Numbered from the stretch's first letter, positions 18,557-28,772 are shown. The stretch: DNA of 64,000 bases from Vicinamibacteria bacterium (GCA_963555995.3 OY821641.1:3680001-3744000), one strand, 5' to 3'. Notes: generated from the letters alone by a model not told the origin. A program made the numbers and translations.

Positions 18557-20491
18557 TTACGGACCGCCGGCGCTGCCCTGAACCGCGGCGTCAAGCCGTT
18601 CGAGTTCCTCGTAGAGGGCCGGCAGCCGGCCCTTCAGGTCCTCGTAGGTGGCCGTGACCTCGCGGGACCCCTCGCGGTCGCCGAAGAAACCGGGCGCCGC
18701 CATCCGCGCCTCCAGGCTCTCGACGGCGGCCTCGGTGTCCGCGATCGCCTCGAACACTTCGCGCCATTCGCGCCGCAGTTGCCGCAACCGGTTCTTCCCG
18801 GGCGACCGGCGCGCGCCGGTCTTGCCCGCCGGCTTCGCGTTTCGCTTCGGACGTTTCGCCGCAGCCGGTGCGGGCGCCGGGGAAGCGGCCGCGGCGGGCT
18901 CCGGGAGGCTGACCCTCGCGAGGTAGTCCGAGTAGTTGCCCCAGTAGAGGGCCGCTCCGCCGCCGCCGATCGCCGCCACCCGGGTCGCCAGGGCGTCCAT
19001 GAAGTACCGGTCGTGGGCGACGAACACGATCGTGCCCTGGTAGTTCGAAAGCGCGTTCAGGAGCGCCCGCTTGGAGTCCAGATCGAGATGGTTGGTCGGC
19101 TCGTCGAGGAGGAGGAGGTTCGCGGGACGGAGGAACAGGCGGGCCAGCGCCAGCCGGCTTCGTTCGCCGCCGGAGAGGACCGCGGTCTTCTTCTCCACGG
19201 TCTCTCCCGAGAACAGGAACGCACCCAGGATGTTGCGGATCTCCGGGAGCATGGCGAGCGGCGCCGCGTCGGCCATGGTCTCCCGTACCGTCCGGTCGGG
19301 GTCGAGATCGTGCCGGTCCGGCCCGTAGTAGGCGATGCGGACGTTGTGGCCCAGCTCCCGATCGCCGGTGTCCAGCCCTTCCTCACCGGCGATCAGCCGG
19401 ATGAGGGTGGATTTCCCGGCGCCGTTCCGCCCGACGAGCGCCAGGCGCTGGCCGCGCTCCACGACCAGGTCCACGTTGCGGAAGACCTCGTTGGTTCCGA
19501 AGGCCTTGGACACCGCGGTGAGCGTCACGAGGACCCGCCCGGAACGCGGCGGGTGCGGCAGCCGGAGAGCCACCCGCCGGGGCTCCGGCGGCGCTTCGAT
19601 CCGCTCGATCTTCTCGAGCATGCGGATCCGGCTCTGGACCTGCCGCGCGCGGCTGGCCTGATAGCGGAACCGGTTGATGAAGCGTTCGGTCCGCTCGATC
19701 TCGGCCGCCTGCTCGGCGGCCCGCTTGCGCAGGTCGGCGATCTCGGCGGCCCGCCGGGTCTCGTAGCGGCTATAGGTGCCCGGATAGTTTCCGAGCCGGC
19801 CCAGCCCGATCTCGGTGATCCGGGTCACCACGGAGTCGAGGAAGAACCGGTCGTGGGCGACCAGCACCAGGCCGCCGCGGTGACGGGCCAGGAAGCCGAG
19901 CAACCAGGTCCGGGCTTCGATGTCCAGATAGTTCGTAGGCTCGTCGAGGAGGACGAGGTCGTTCGCCTCGGCCAGCAGCCTGGCGAGGGCGATGCGCATC
20001 TGCCAGCCCTGGCTGAAGGTCTCCACGGGGCGGTCCTCGTCTCCGGCCGCGAATCCCAGGCCGGAGAGGACTTCGCTGATGCGGGTGTCCATTTCGTACC
20101 CGCCGCGGCGCTGCCACTCCTCCTCCAGTTCTCCGTAGCGGGCGATCAGGTCGGGCTGATCGGGGGTCCCCGCCAGCGCTTCCGCCACCTCCTCCTGTTC
20201 GCGCCGCAGCCGGAGCAGGTCGGCGAAGGCGGTGCGCACCTCCCCGGCGACGGTGCGCCCCTCGAGGCTCAGCCCCTCCTGGGGCAGGTACCCGACGCGT
20301 TTCCGCCTGGCCAGCACGACCTTTCCGGCGTCGGGACGAACCAGTCCCGCAAGGATCTTCAGGAGGGTGGTCTTGCCGGATCCGTTGGGTCCCACCAGTC
20401 CGACGCGGTCGCCGTCTCCAACCTGCCAGGACACCTCACGGAGCAGCACCTGTTCTCCGTAGGCCTTCGAGGCTTCGACGAGCTGGATCAT
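18557..20491 (-). CDS. ABC-F family ATP-binding protein
   Basis: Two ABC domains (GPNGSGKT / GRNGAGKS; LLDEPTN twice), QVQSRIRML linker, no TM segments, C-terminal coiled coil. Confidence 0.93.
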   Translation of the reverse strand: MIQLVEASKAYGEQVLLREVSWQVGDGDRVGLVGPNGSGKTTLLKILAGLVRPDAGKVVLARRKRVGYLPQEGLSLEGRTVAGEVRTAFADLLRLRREQEEVAEALAGTPDQPDLIARYGELEEEWQRRGGYEMDTRISEVLSGLGFAAGDEDRPVETFSQGWQMRIALARLLAEANDLVLLDEPTNYLDIEARTWLLGFLARHRGGLVLVAHDRFFLDSVVTRITEIGLGRLGNYPGTYSRYETRRAAEIADLRKRAAEQAAEIERTERFINRFRYQASRARQVQSRIRMLEKIERIEAPPEPRRVALRLPHPPRSGRVLVTLTAVSKAFGTNEVFRNVDLVVERGQRLALVGRNGAGKSTLIRLIAGEEGLDTGDRELGHNVRIAYYGPDRHDLDPDRTVRETMADAAPLAMLPEIRNILGAFLFSGETVEKKTAVLSGGERSRLALARLFLRPANLLLLDEPTNHLDLDSKRALLNALSNYQGTIVFVAHDRYFMDALATRVAAIGGGGAALYWGNYSDYLARVSLPEPAAAASPAPAPAAAKRPKRNAKPAGKTGARRSPGKNRLRQLRREWREVFEAIADTEAAVESLEARMAAPGFFGDREGSREVTATYEDLKGRLPALYEELERLDAAVQGSAGGP

Positions 20492-20495
20492 CGCT

Positions 20496-20678
20496 AGCAG
20501 TCTGTGGACAAAGTGACGTGAGCGCCGAGGCTGGCGAGGCGCCTGGCTGACAAGGCGCGCGAGGGAGGAATACCGAGTGTATTTCGACCGAAGCGCAACG
20601 ACGGGCGACGCGAAGCGGCGCGATTCAGCCGGGATGCATCGCCAGCCGAACGCCGCGTGACTTTGTCTGCAGGCTGCT
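20496..20678. mobile_element. MITE-like element (183 bp) with terminal inverted repeats
   Basis: Left AGCAGTCTGTGGACAAAGT vs reverse complement of right end AGCAGCCTGCAGACAAAGT (16/19); non-coding. Confidence 0.6.
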
Positions 20679-20790
20679 CCGCGCGCGGAACCGTATCGCG
20701 GGGAACGACGCATTCACGGTCGTCCGGGTCCCGCGTCGCCACCGTTTGCGGCGATTGGAGCCGGTGCGGGTTGGTCATAATGTGGAGTCC

Positions 20791-23700
20791 ATGTTCCGGA
20801 GCATCCCGCCCCGTTCCTCCTGGCTCCTGCCGCTCGCGGCGGCCGTCGTCCTGTCCTCCGCCGGCGCCCGGACGCAGCCGCAGGAGGCGGACGCCGGGAT
20901 GAGCCGCGGGGTGGCGCTGCTCGAGCAGTTCCGGTTCTCGGACGCCGCCGCCGAGTTCGCGCGGGTGGTGGAGCTCCGGCCTTCGTCGGCGGCCGCCCAC
21001 GTGAACCTGGGCATCGCCTGGTTCAACGAGCGCGATTTCCTCGCCGCCCGCGCGTCCTTCGCCCGGGCGCTCGATCTCGATCCCGAGGGGCTCCACGCCC
21101 GCTACAACCTGGGCCTCATCGAAAAGCTCGAGGGCAACACCGAGGCGGCGCTCGCCGCTTTCCGGCAGGTCGCTGAAGCCGACCCCGACGATGCGATGAC
21201 CCAGTACTACCTGGGCGCCGCCTTCGCCGCGGCCGGCCGTCTGGAGGAGGCGGAGGCCGCCCTGCGCACCGCGATCCAGCTCCAGCCCGAGCACGAGTCC
21301 GCGCACTTCAGCCTGGGGAACGTCCTCGTGCGCGCGGGCCGCCGCGAAGAGGGCCGCGCCCAGTTGATGCGGTTCCAGGAACTGAAGAACAGCTTTTCCG
21401 GGGGCGGGGTCTCCGCCGGGCTCCAGTACACCGAGCTCGGGCCGTACGCGGAAGCGGTCGAGGAGCGTCCGGTATCGCTGCACGGCGGCCAGGACGAAGC
21501 CGTCTCGACCGGTCAGGTCCGTTATTCGGAAGCCACCGGCGCATGGAATCTGGCGCTGCCGGCTGCCGGCGCGCTCCCCGATCCTCCTCGGGCGCTGCGG
21601 GCGGCGGACTACTCGGCCGACTGGGTGGCGGCGAACCTCCTGCCCCAGCTCGGCTCGGGCGTCGCGATCCGCGATCTGGACGCGGACGGCCGGCCGGAGA
21701 TCCTGTTCGTGCGGGATGGGAGCGTGGTCGTGTTCCGGAACACGGGAGCCGGTTTCGAGGTCTGGGCGGACTCCGGGGTCGAAACGGACGGGACGGTCAG
21801 CGTGACCGTCGGCGACGTGGACCTCGACGGAGATCCGGACCTCTACGCGGCGGGAGCCGGCCCGAACGCGCTCTTCCTGAACCAGTCGCGCGAGGGTGGG
21901 GCGCTCTTCGCGAGGGCGGACGCCTCGGGGGCGGAGGGAGACGACGTTTCGGTGGGCGCCACCTTCGCCGACTTCGATCACGACGGCGACCTCGACATCC
22001 AGGTTTCCAACTACGCCCCGGCCTCGCTGGCGGCGCTCGATGCCGTCCCGGAGGTCCTCCGTGTTCCGGACGATCTTCCGGGAGCCCCGAACCGGCTCTA
22101 CCGGAACAACGGCGACGGCAGCTTCACGGACGTCGCGGTGGAGACCCGGACCGACGGCGGGGCGCGGCGCAGCCTCTTTGCGCTGTTCTCCGACTGGGAC
22201 GACGACCGCGACGTGGACTTCCTGGTGGTGAACGACGGGAGTCCGGTGCAGGTCTTCTCGAACGATCGCGTCGGAACGTTCACCGAGAGCGCGGAGGCCT
22301 GGGGCGTCGAGACGGCGCGGCGGATGCGGGGAGCCGCGTCCGCCGACTACGACCGGGACGGGTTCTTCGACCTGCTGCTCTCGGCCGAGGGAAGCGCGTT
22401 GAACATGTTGTTGCGGGGATCCGGCCCCGGCGGGTTCTCTCCGGACGTCCGGTCCCCCTTCCTGCTGCGCGCTGGCGTGCCCGGGGCCCGGTACGGGATC
22501 TCGTTCCTCGATGCCGACCACGACATGGACCTCGACCTCCTCATGGCCACGTCCGGGGCCGAAGGACCTCTCACGCTCTATGAGAACTCCCCCGCCGGGT
22601 TCTCGCGCGCCGGGGCGGTCTCCGCCGGGCTCGACTCCGGGGAGGAGCCGCGGGCGCTCGCCACCGGGGACCTCGACGGTGACGGAGATCTCGACGCCGT
22701 GATCGGCACCACCCGGGGCCGCATCTTCGCCTTCCGCAACGACCGGACCGGGTCCGGAAACTGGCTGGCGGTCAGCCCGCGGGGCCTGCGCAGCAACCTG
22801 GACGGGGTCGGGACCAAGATCGAGGTCCGGGTCGCCGGGGTGAGCCAGCGCCGGCAGGTGCGGACCACGTCGGGGTACCTCTCGCAGAGCGATCTTCCCG
22901 TCCACTTCGGGCTGGGAGACGCGCTCGCGGCCGACTACGTCCGCTTCCTCTGGCCGGGAGGGGTGAAGCAGGTCGAGCTGGACGTGCCGGCGCTGGCGGT
23001 GGCGTCCGTCGAGGAACTGAACCGCAAGGGCACGTCCTGTCCCGTGCTCTACGCCTGGGACGGGGAGCGGATCCGCTTCGTCACCGATTTCCTGGGCGGC
23101 AGCGCGCTCGGAAACCTCCTCGCCCCCGGCGTCCACAACGTCCCGGACACCGCGGAAGTCGTGAAGATGGAAGCGTTTCCGCTCGTTCCCCGGGACGGGG
23201 CCTACGAGATGCGCTGGGTGAACCAGCTTGAAGAGGTCATCTTCTACGACCGCGCGGCGCTGTGGGTGGTGGACCATCCGGAAGAGGTGGACGTCTTCCC
23301 GCTGGAGCGTCTGATGCCGGGTCCCCCGTACCCCGACCCGGGACTGATCGCGGTCCGGAACCGGCGGACTCCCTCCCGGGCGTCGTCTTCGACGGCCGCG
23401 GGGGAGCGGGAGGTGACCGCGGCGCTCGCCCGGGTGGACCGGGACTATGTGGACGATTTCGCCCTCCTCCCCTTCAAGGGATACGCGGAGCCCCACGATC
23501 TGACCCTTACGTTCGACGGGGTGCGCCCCGGCGTCCCCCACGTCCTCCTCCTCTACGGATGGGTGGACTACGCCGATTCGAGTTCCAACCTCGCCGCTTC
23601 CCAGGCGGGGGTCGGGGCTCAGCCGCCGATCCTGGAGATTGCCAACGGTGACGGGTTCCGAATCGCCACCGACCGGATGGGATTCCCGGCGGGCCTGCCC

Positions 23701-24384
23701 AAGACCATGGTCGTGCCCTTGAACGGCATCGCGGTCGAGAGCGGGCGGCCGCTCAGGATCCGGACCAACATGCGCATCTACTGGGACCGGATCGAGCTTG
23801 CCGAGGCCGCCGACGTCCCGCTTCAGGAGTGGCGGCTCGACGCCCAGACGGCCGAGTTCGGCTTCGCGGGGTATCCCGAACCCCACCGGCCCCGCGGCAT
23901 CCCCCCTACCGAGTACCGCTACGGCACGCGGGCGGCGCGGGACATCTGGGGGGCGCACGAGGGCGAATACACGAGGCACGGGGACGTGCTGCCCCTCCTC
24001 AATGCGATTGACGACCGCTACGTCATCGCCCGGCACGGAGACGAGTTGCGGCTCCGGTTCGACGCGCGGCAGGTCCCGCCGCCGGCGGCCGGAACCCGCC
24101 GGTCATTCTTCGCCTTTGCCGATGGTTTCGGAAAGGACATGGACCTGAACTCCGCCCGGCCGCACACCGTCGAGCCCCTGCCGTTCCACGGGATGCCGAG
24201 CTATCCGTACCCCCCGGATGCCTATCCAGACACCGAGGAGTTGGCCCGCTGGCGCGCCGAATACAACACCCGGCGGATCGGCCCGGAGGGGCGGCACGGG
24301 TTCCTGGAGGACGGCGAACCGCCGATCGAAACGACCGGAGAGCCCGCCTCCCGCAGCGGCGTCAACCGGGAGCCGCGCCGCTGA
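20791..24384 (+). CDS. Secreted TPR + FG-GAP/VCBS + ASPIC/UnbV (CRTAC1-like) protein
   Basis: Signal peptide, TPRs, repeated DxDxDGDxD loops, SNLDGVG..GYLSQS..HFGLG, KGTSCP C-terminal domain. Confidence 0.85.
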   Translation: MFRSIPPRSSWLLPLAAAVVLSSAGARTQPQEADAGMSRGVALLEQFRFSDAAAEFARVVELRPSSAAAHVNLGIAWFNERDFLAARASFARALDLDPEGLHARYNLGLIEKLEGNTEAALAAFRQVAEADPDDAMTQYYLGAAFAAAGRLEEAEAALRTAIQLQPEHESAHFSLGNVLVRAGRREEGRAQLMRFQELKNSFSGGGVSAGLQYTELGPYAEAVEERPVSLHGGQDEAVSTGQVRYSEATGAWNLALPAAGALPDPPRALRAADYSADWVAANLLPQLGSGVAIRDLDADGRPEILFVRDGSVVVFRNTGAGFEVWADSGVETDGTVSVTVGDVDLDGDPDLYAAGAGPNALFLNQSREGGALFARADASGAEGDDVSVGATFADFDHDGDLDIQVSNYAPASLAALDAVPEVLRVPDDLPGAPNRLYRNNGDGSFTDVAVETRTDGGARRSLFALFSDWDDDRDVDFLVVNDGSPVQVFSNDRVGTFTESAEAWGVETARRMRGAASADYDRDGFFDLLLSAEGSALNMLLRGSGPGGFSPDVRSPFLLRAGVPGARYGISFLDADHDMDLDLLMATSGAEGPLTLYENSPAGFSRAGAVSAGLDSGEEPRALATGDLDGDGDLDAVIGTTRGRIFAFRNDRTGSGNWLAVSPRGLRSNLDGVGTKIEVRVAGVSQRRQVRTTSGYLSQSDLPVHFGLGDALAADYVRFLWPGGVKQVELDVPALAVASVEELNRKGTSCPVLYAWDGERIRFVTDFLGGSALGNLLAPGVHNVPDTAEVVKMEAFPLVPRDGAYEMRWVNQLEEVIFYDRAALWVVDHPEEVDVFPLERLMPGPPYPDPGLIAVRNRRTPSRASSSTAAGEREVTAALARVDRDYVDDFALLPFKGYAEPHDLTLTFDGVRPGVPHVLLLYGWVDYADSSSNLAASQAGVGAQPPILEIANGDGFRIATDRMGFPAGLPKTMVVPLNGIAVESGRPLRIRTNMRIYWDRIELAEAADVPLQEWRLDAQTAEFGFAGYPEPHRPRGIPPTEYRYGTRAARDIWGAHEGEYTRHGDVLPLLNAIDDRYVIARHGDELRLRFDARQVPPPAAGTRRSFFAFADGFGKDMDLNSARPHTVEPLPFHGMPSYPYPPDAYPDTEELARWRAEYNTRRIGPEGRHGFLEDGEPPIETTGEPASRSGVNREPRR

Positions 24385-24397
24385 GTGGTCGGCAGCC

Positions 24398-24871
24398 ATG
24401 CCTCGAGACATCCTGCGCACCGAGCTCTACCGGTTGCTCTTCGACGACCGGCAGGGGGCGGCGGCGTTCCTGGCGCCGCGGATGCTCGCGGATCCGCAGT
24501 CGCTCACCCCGGAGGTGCGCTGGTGCCTGATCTACCTGCTACGCGGGATCCGTTCGGTGGCCGCGAGCAGCCGCCTGCTGGAGCCGGACTCGGTGCTCCA
24601 CTTGGTGGCGCATACGGTCGAGGCGGCGCGCCGGGCGACGGCCGGCGTGGACGGGCACTGGCATGAGATCGCGAGAGAACTGCCGGGCCACTGGCTGCGT
24701 CGCTACGAGCAGGGCGAGGTCAGGTACTCGCTGGACGAACTCCGCTACCTGAACGTCCTGCTCGCCCGGTTGTGGTTCGTGGAGCGGCAACGGATCGCGT
24801 TCATGGACCCGCCGCTGCTGCCCCGCTACCTGCGCCCGGAGGGGAAAGCGGCGACGCTCCCCGCCGGCTGA
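24398..24871 (+). CDS. Hypothetical protein
   Basis: ATG 13 nt after the upstream stop; plausible codon usage; no motif recognised. Confidence 0.6.
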   Translation: MPRDILRTELYRLLFDDRQGAAAFLAPRMLADPQSLTPEVRWCLIYLLRGIRSVAASSRLLEPDSVLHLVAHTVEAARRATAGVDGHWHEIARELPGHWLRRYEQGEVRYSLDELRYLNVLLARLWFVERQRIAFMDPPLLPRYLRPEGKAATLPAG

Positions 24872-24934
24872 TCCGCGGCGGCGCACTTCCGGCCTCCGCG
24901 CGATGCGGCCCAGGAGCGGGCCGGTCAACTCGAC

Positions 24935-26032
24935 CTAGAAGCCGCCTTCGCAGACCCCGTCCTCGATGTCGAGGATCATGTCCTCGACGTCCGCGGCCCG
25001 CGAGTCGCCCCTCGCCAGGCGCATGAACGCCTGGAAGTAGCGCAACGCGGTGTTGCACTGGGCGCGATTGAAGGCGATCACACCCAGGGAGTAGTTCGCA
25101 TCCCGGGCGTTCGGATTGTTGGGGTCCGCCGCGAGCGCCGCGCCGTAGTGCCGCATCATGCCGTTCTCGTCGGTGCTGCGTCCCGCGATGAATCCGAGCA
25201 TCCAATGGACCTCGGTGGCGTACTGCCCTTCCGGCTCCGCTTCAAGGTACTTGCTCAGCCGCTCGGCAGCCGAGTCGAATTCCTGGGCGTTGTAGGCGAG
25301 TTGGCCGGCCAGGAAGAGGACCTGCGGCAACTGCGGGATGTCCGGGTTCAGCGCGATCACCGCCGCGAAGGACTCCTCGGCGCCCGCGTCGTCGTCCTCC
25401 TGGAGCAGCGCGTATCCAAGCCGGAAATGCGCCTCCGCATCGGACGGATTGGCTTCGGCGACCTGCCGCAGCAGGGGGATCGCCGCCGCCCGGTCACCCA
25501 TCTCGCTGCGGGCGATCGCAACGGTGCGACGGGCGATGGCGATCTGCTCGCCCAACTGGGCGGCCATCTCCGGGTTCGCATCGGCGGCCGAGAGGAACTC
25601 CTGGAAGGAACCGATGGCCTCCTCCTGGTTTCCGGTTCCCTGATGGGCGAAGCCGAGGAAGAGGTGGGCGACGAAGAAGTCGGGAGTCGTGGCGAGGATT
25701 GCCGGGCAGGCGGTCAGGGTGGTGTCCCAGGCGCCGGACTGGGCCGACTCGACGCACTGCTGCTGGTTCTGGTAGTTGATCGTGGTGTGGGCGTAGTCCA
25801 CGTTCTCCTTGTAGAACTCGTACGAAGGATGGCTCTCGTCGTGGGTGGAGAGCAGTGGTTCACAGGCCGCGATCACGTCCTCCCAGACCTGGCTCTCGAT
25901 GGCGGCCTCGCACACCTCGTCCGGATCCTCCTGAGGAAACGAAGGCGTGGAAGGGGCGGAAAACGCGAGAGCCGGGAAACCGAGCGATGCAACGAGCAGA
26001 AGCGGGAGTCCGATGTTGCTCCGGAGTGACAT
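24935..26032 (-). CDS. Secreted TPR protein, paralogue 1
   Basis: AGGAGG RBS, signal peptide, TPR motifs (AHFRLGYAL, ANYSLG). Confidence 0.8.
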   Translation of the reverse strand: MSLRSNIGLPLLLVASLGFPALAFSAPSTPSFPQEDPDEVCEAAIESQVWEDVIAACEPLLSTHDESHPSYEFYKENVDYAHTTINYQNQQQCVESAQSGAWDTTLTACPAILATTPDFFVAHLFLGFAHQGTGNQEEAIGSFQEFLSAADANPEMAAQLGEQIAIARRTVAIARSEMGDRAAAIPLLRQVAEANPSDAEAHFRLGYALLQEDDDAGAEESFAAVIALNPDIPQLPQVLFLAGQLAYNAQEFDSAAERLSKYLEAEPEGQYATEVHWMLGFIAGRSTDENGMMRHYGAALAADPNNPNARDANYSLGVIAFNRAQCNTALRYFQAFMRLARGDSRAADVEDMILDIEDGVCEGGF

Positions 26033-26249
26033 GACAGAACCTCCTGGGGGTCGGGAAGCGCATGGCGGCCAGCCGTAGCTGGTGACGACCCTCACTACCC
26101 CGTCCCCGTGAATGGAACAAGGCAGATTACCACAGGCAACCGCGCCGGTGGCGAAAGGGAACGGAAGGGCGGGACTGTTGCCTGCCGCACGGATTGGCGC
26201 CAATCCGGAGAGTGCCGGGGTGTGTTGACCGGCGAAACGCCGGAGGGGG

Positions 26250-27305
26250 TCAGTCCCCCTCGCACCCGCCTTCCGCGATCGACGCCAGGATCTCGGTCAC
26301 CTGGGCGGCGTTCGCATGGTCGGGCGCCAGTTCCATGAACGTCTGGTAGTGCGTCTCGGCGTTGCCGCAGTCGTCACGGTTATAGAAGATGGTGCCGAGG
26401 GCGAAGTTGGCGTCCACGATCCGAGGGTCCCCCGCCGCCGACCCGGAGAGGAAGCCCTGGTAGTGGGTGACCGCCCGGTCCTCGTCCGAACCCTGGAGCG
26501 CCTGCGCCAGCATGAAGTGGGCGTCCGGGACGCCCCGGTCTCCTCCGGCGTTCGCCAGGTAGGCGGTCAGCCGCGCGTCGGCCTTGGCGTAGTCGCCGGC
26601 GTTGTAGTTGAGCTGGCCGGCGAGGAACAGGACGCTGGCGATCGGGTTCGGAGCGTTGTCGATCACGACGGAAAACGCCCGCTCGGCGCCCGCGCTGTCG
26701 CCCGTCGACAGGAGGGCGACCGCCAGCCGGTAGTGCACCTCAACGTCGGTCCCGCCCGCTCGGGAAGCCGCCTGCAGCAGGGGAATGGCATCCTGCATCG
26801 CGCCCGCCCGCGCGTACGCGATGCCGCCGGAGCGCTGGGCGGTGGCGATCTGGTCCGAGAGCTGCGACGCTGCCTCCGAGTTTCCCCGGACCCCGTCCAG
26901 GAAGGCGGTGAAGTTGACCGCGGTGTTCGCCCAGTCCTCTTTCGTCTGGTGGGCGACGCCGAGGAAGTAGTTCATGATGAACGCCCCGGGGTTCGCCTCG
27001 ACCGCCATCTGGCAGTAGGCGATCACGCTGTCCCACTGCTGCGCCTCGAACGCCGGCTGGCACTGGAGGCTGTAGGCGTAGTTCACCGTCTGCGCCCAGT
27101 GGGCGTAGTACGGATGGTCCTCGGGAAGTACATCGAGTACCTCGGGGCAGGTGGCGAGGACCGCTTCGTAGTTCTGACCGTCCACGGCCTGCATGCAGGC
27201 GGCGGCCTTCTGCGGGTCCACATCCTGGGCCGTCGCCTCCGGGGCGCTTCCCATGAGTACGCCGAACGCGGCGACTACCGACAGGGCGAGGAATCGGGTG
27301 GGCAT
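26250..27305 (-). CDS. Secreted TPR protein, paralogue 2
   Basis: AAGGAG RBS, signal peptide (ATA-Q), TPR motifs collinear with paralogue 1. Confidence 0.8.
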   Translation of the reverse strand: MPTRFLALSVVAAFGVLMGSAPEATAQDVDPQKAAACMQAVDGQNYEAVLATCPEVLDVLPEDHPYYAHWAQTVNYAYSLQCQPAFEAQQWDSVIAYCQMAVEANPGAFIMNYFLGVAHQTKEDWANTAVNFTAFLDGVRGNSEAASQLSDQIATAQRSGGIAYARAGAMQDAIPLLQAASRAGGTDVEVHYRLAVALLSTGDSAGAERAFSVVIDNAPNPIASVLFLAGQLNYNAGDYAKADARLTAYLANAGGDRGVPDAHFMLAQALQGSDEDRAVTHYQGFLSGSAAGDPRIVDANFALGTIFYNRDDCGNAETHYQTFMELAPDHANAAQVTEILASIAEGGCEGD

Positions 27306-27391
27306 GACGAATGTCTCCTTGACGGGATGACCGGACGCCCCTTGGCGCGCACTCTGATGAAGGCGGTCGCGGCCCGTGCGAACGGGGGAAA

Positions 27392-28387
27392 CTAGCATAG
27401 CCCTCGGGGATTCAGCGAATTCCCGGCGGGAGCCGGACAGGGTGCGAAACCCTCCTCCAGATAGCGCCGGACCTCGGCGGCGCGTTCGTGGTCCGGCGTG
27501 ATCCGCAGGAAGTCCTCGTAGTGCCGGCGGGCCTGATCGCATTCCTCCCGGTCGGCCGCGATGGTGCCGAGGAAGTAGTGCGCGACCGCCGCGCGGGGGG
27601 TATCCGGTTCGACCTCGAGGAGCGCGGCGAAGTGGTTCCGCGCCGCGTCGGCGGCGCCGGGGTCCGCGGTCTCGGACTCCGAACTCCTGAGGGCGATGGA
27701 CCCGGCCATCCAGTGCGCGTCGGCGGCGAAGGGGCCTGCCGGGGCCGCTTCCAGATAGCGGGCGAGGTGAGCGCCCGCCGCCTCGTAATCCCCCGCGTCG
27801 TAGCGGAGTTGTCCGGCGAAGAAGCGCGCCTGGCTGATCTGGGGGGCTTCCCGGATCACCACCGAAAACGCAGCCTCCGCCCCTTCGCCGTCACCGCGCT
27901 GCATCAGGCCCACCCCGAGGAAGAAGTGGACCTCGGCGTCGGCCGGGTCCGCTTCGGCGGTCCGGCGGAGGAGAGGGAGCGCGGTCTCGAGGTCTCCCCC
28001 GCGAAACCACGCCAGCCCGGCGCTCCGCGCCGCGATACCGAGTTGCTCGTCCGGCCGCGGAACGTCTTCGGGCAGTTCCTCGACGGCGCCGAGGAAGGAC
28101 TCGAACGCGGCGCCGGCCCTGGTCCACTCCTGCCGCGCCTGGTAGGCGAAACCGAGGAAGTAGTGGATGCCGTAGGTGTCCGGGGACTCCCGGATCGCCT
28201 CTTCGCAGCGGGTCACGGCGGCGTCCCAGTCGGACGCCTGCGCGGCCGCCTCGCATTCCGAGACGGCGCCCGAGCCCTGCGGCGCCGGCAGCGCGAAGAG
28301 GGGGCCGGCCGCGAGTAGGCCGACGGCGCACGGAACGAAGGGTGCCGGGAGAACCCCGGCGAGGCTCCTAGCCAGCCCGAGATTCAC
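27392..28387 (-). CDS. Secreted TPR protein, paralogue 3
   Basis: TPR motifs (IHYFLGFAY, VHFFLG, AHYFLG); GTG start uncertain. Confidence 0.75.
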   Translation of the reverse strand: MNLGLARSLAGVLPAPFVPCAVGLLAAGPLFALPAPQGSGAVSECEAAAQASDWDAAVTRCEEAIRESPDTYGIHYFLGFAYQARQEWTRAGAAFESFLGAVEELPEDVPRPDEQLGIAARSAGLAWFRGGDLETALPLLRRTAEADPADAEVHFFLGVGLMQRGDGEGAEAAFSVVIREAPQISQARFFAGQLRYDAGDYEAAGAHLARYLEAAPAGPFAADAHWMAGSIALRSSESETADPGAADAARNHFAALLEVEPDTPRAAVAHYFLGTIAADREECDQARRHYEDFLRITPDHERAAEVRRYLEEGFAPCPAPAGNSLNPRGLC

Positions 28388-28712
28388 TGGAGGACGAGGA
28401 GGTCTTGGCGCTGCTCGTCGCTGCCGACGTGGCTCCCGAACTCTCCTTCCCCTTGGATTTCCCGGAGTCCGATTTTCCCGGTCCACCCTTCGCCGCGGAC
28501 CCGTTCTTCCCGTTGGCAGCCTTCTCGCCGGACTTCCTCGCGTAGTCGGTCACGTACCAGCCGCTGCCCAGGAACTGGATCGCCGGGCTGGAGACGATCC
28601 GGTGGGCGGCTCCGCCGCAGTGCCGGCAGGCATCGAGCGGCTCGTCGCTGATGCGCTGGATGGCCTCGAACACCTGCTCGCAGTCGTCGCAGCGGTATTC
28701 GTAGATGGGCAT
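28368..28712 (-). CDS. FmdB family zinc-ribbon protein
   Basis: MPIYEYRCDDC..CRHC..FLGSGWYVTDY plus low-complexity tail. Confidence 0.9.
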   Translation of the reverse strand: MPIYEYRCDDCEQVFEAIQRISDEPLDACRHCGGAAHRIVSSPAIQFLGSGWYVTDYARKSGEKAANGKNGSAAKGGPGKSDSGKSKGKESSGATSAATSSAKTSSSSSESRAG

Positions 28713-28772
28713 GGGTTTTCGGAGCTTCGGCGCCGGGAGTGTAGCGAAGAGAGGCTTGCTGTTTCTCCGCGG

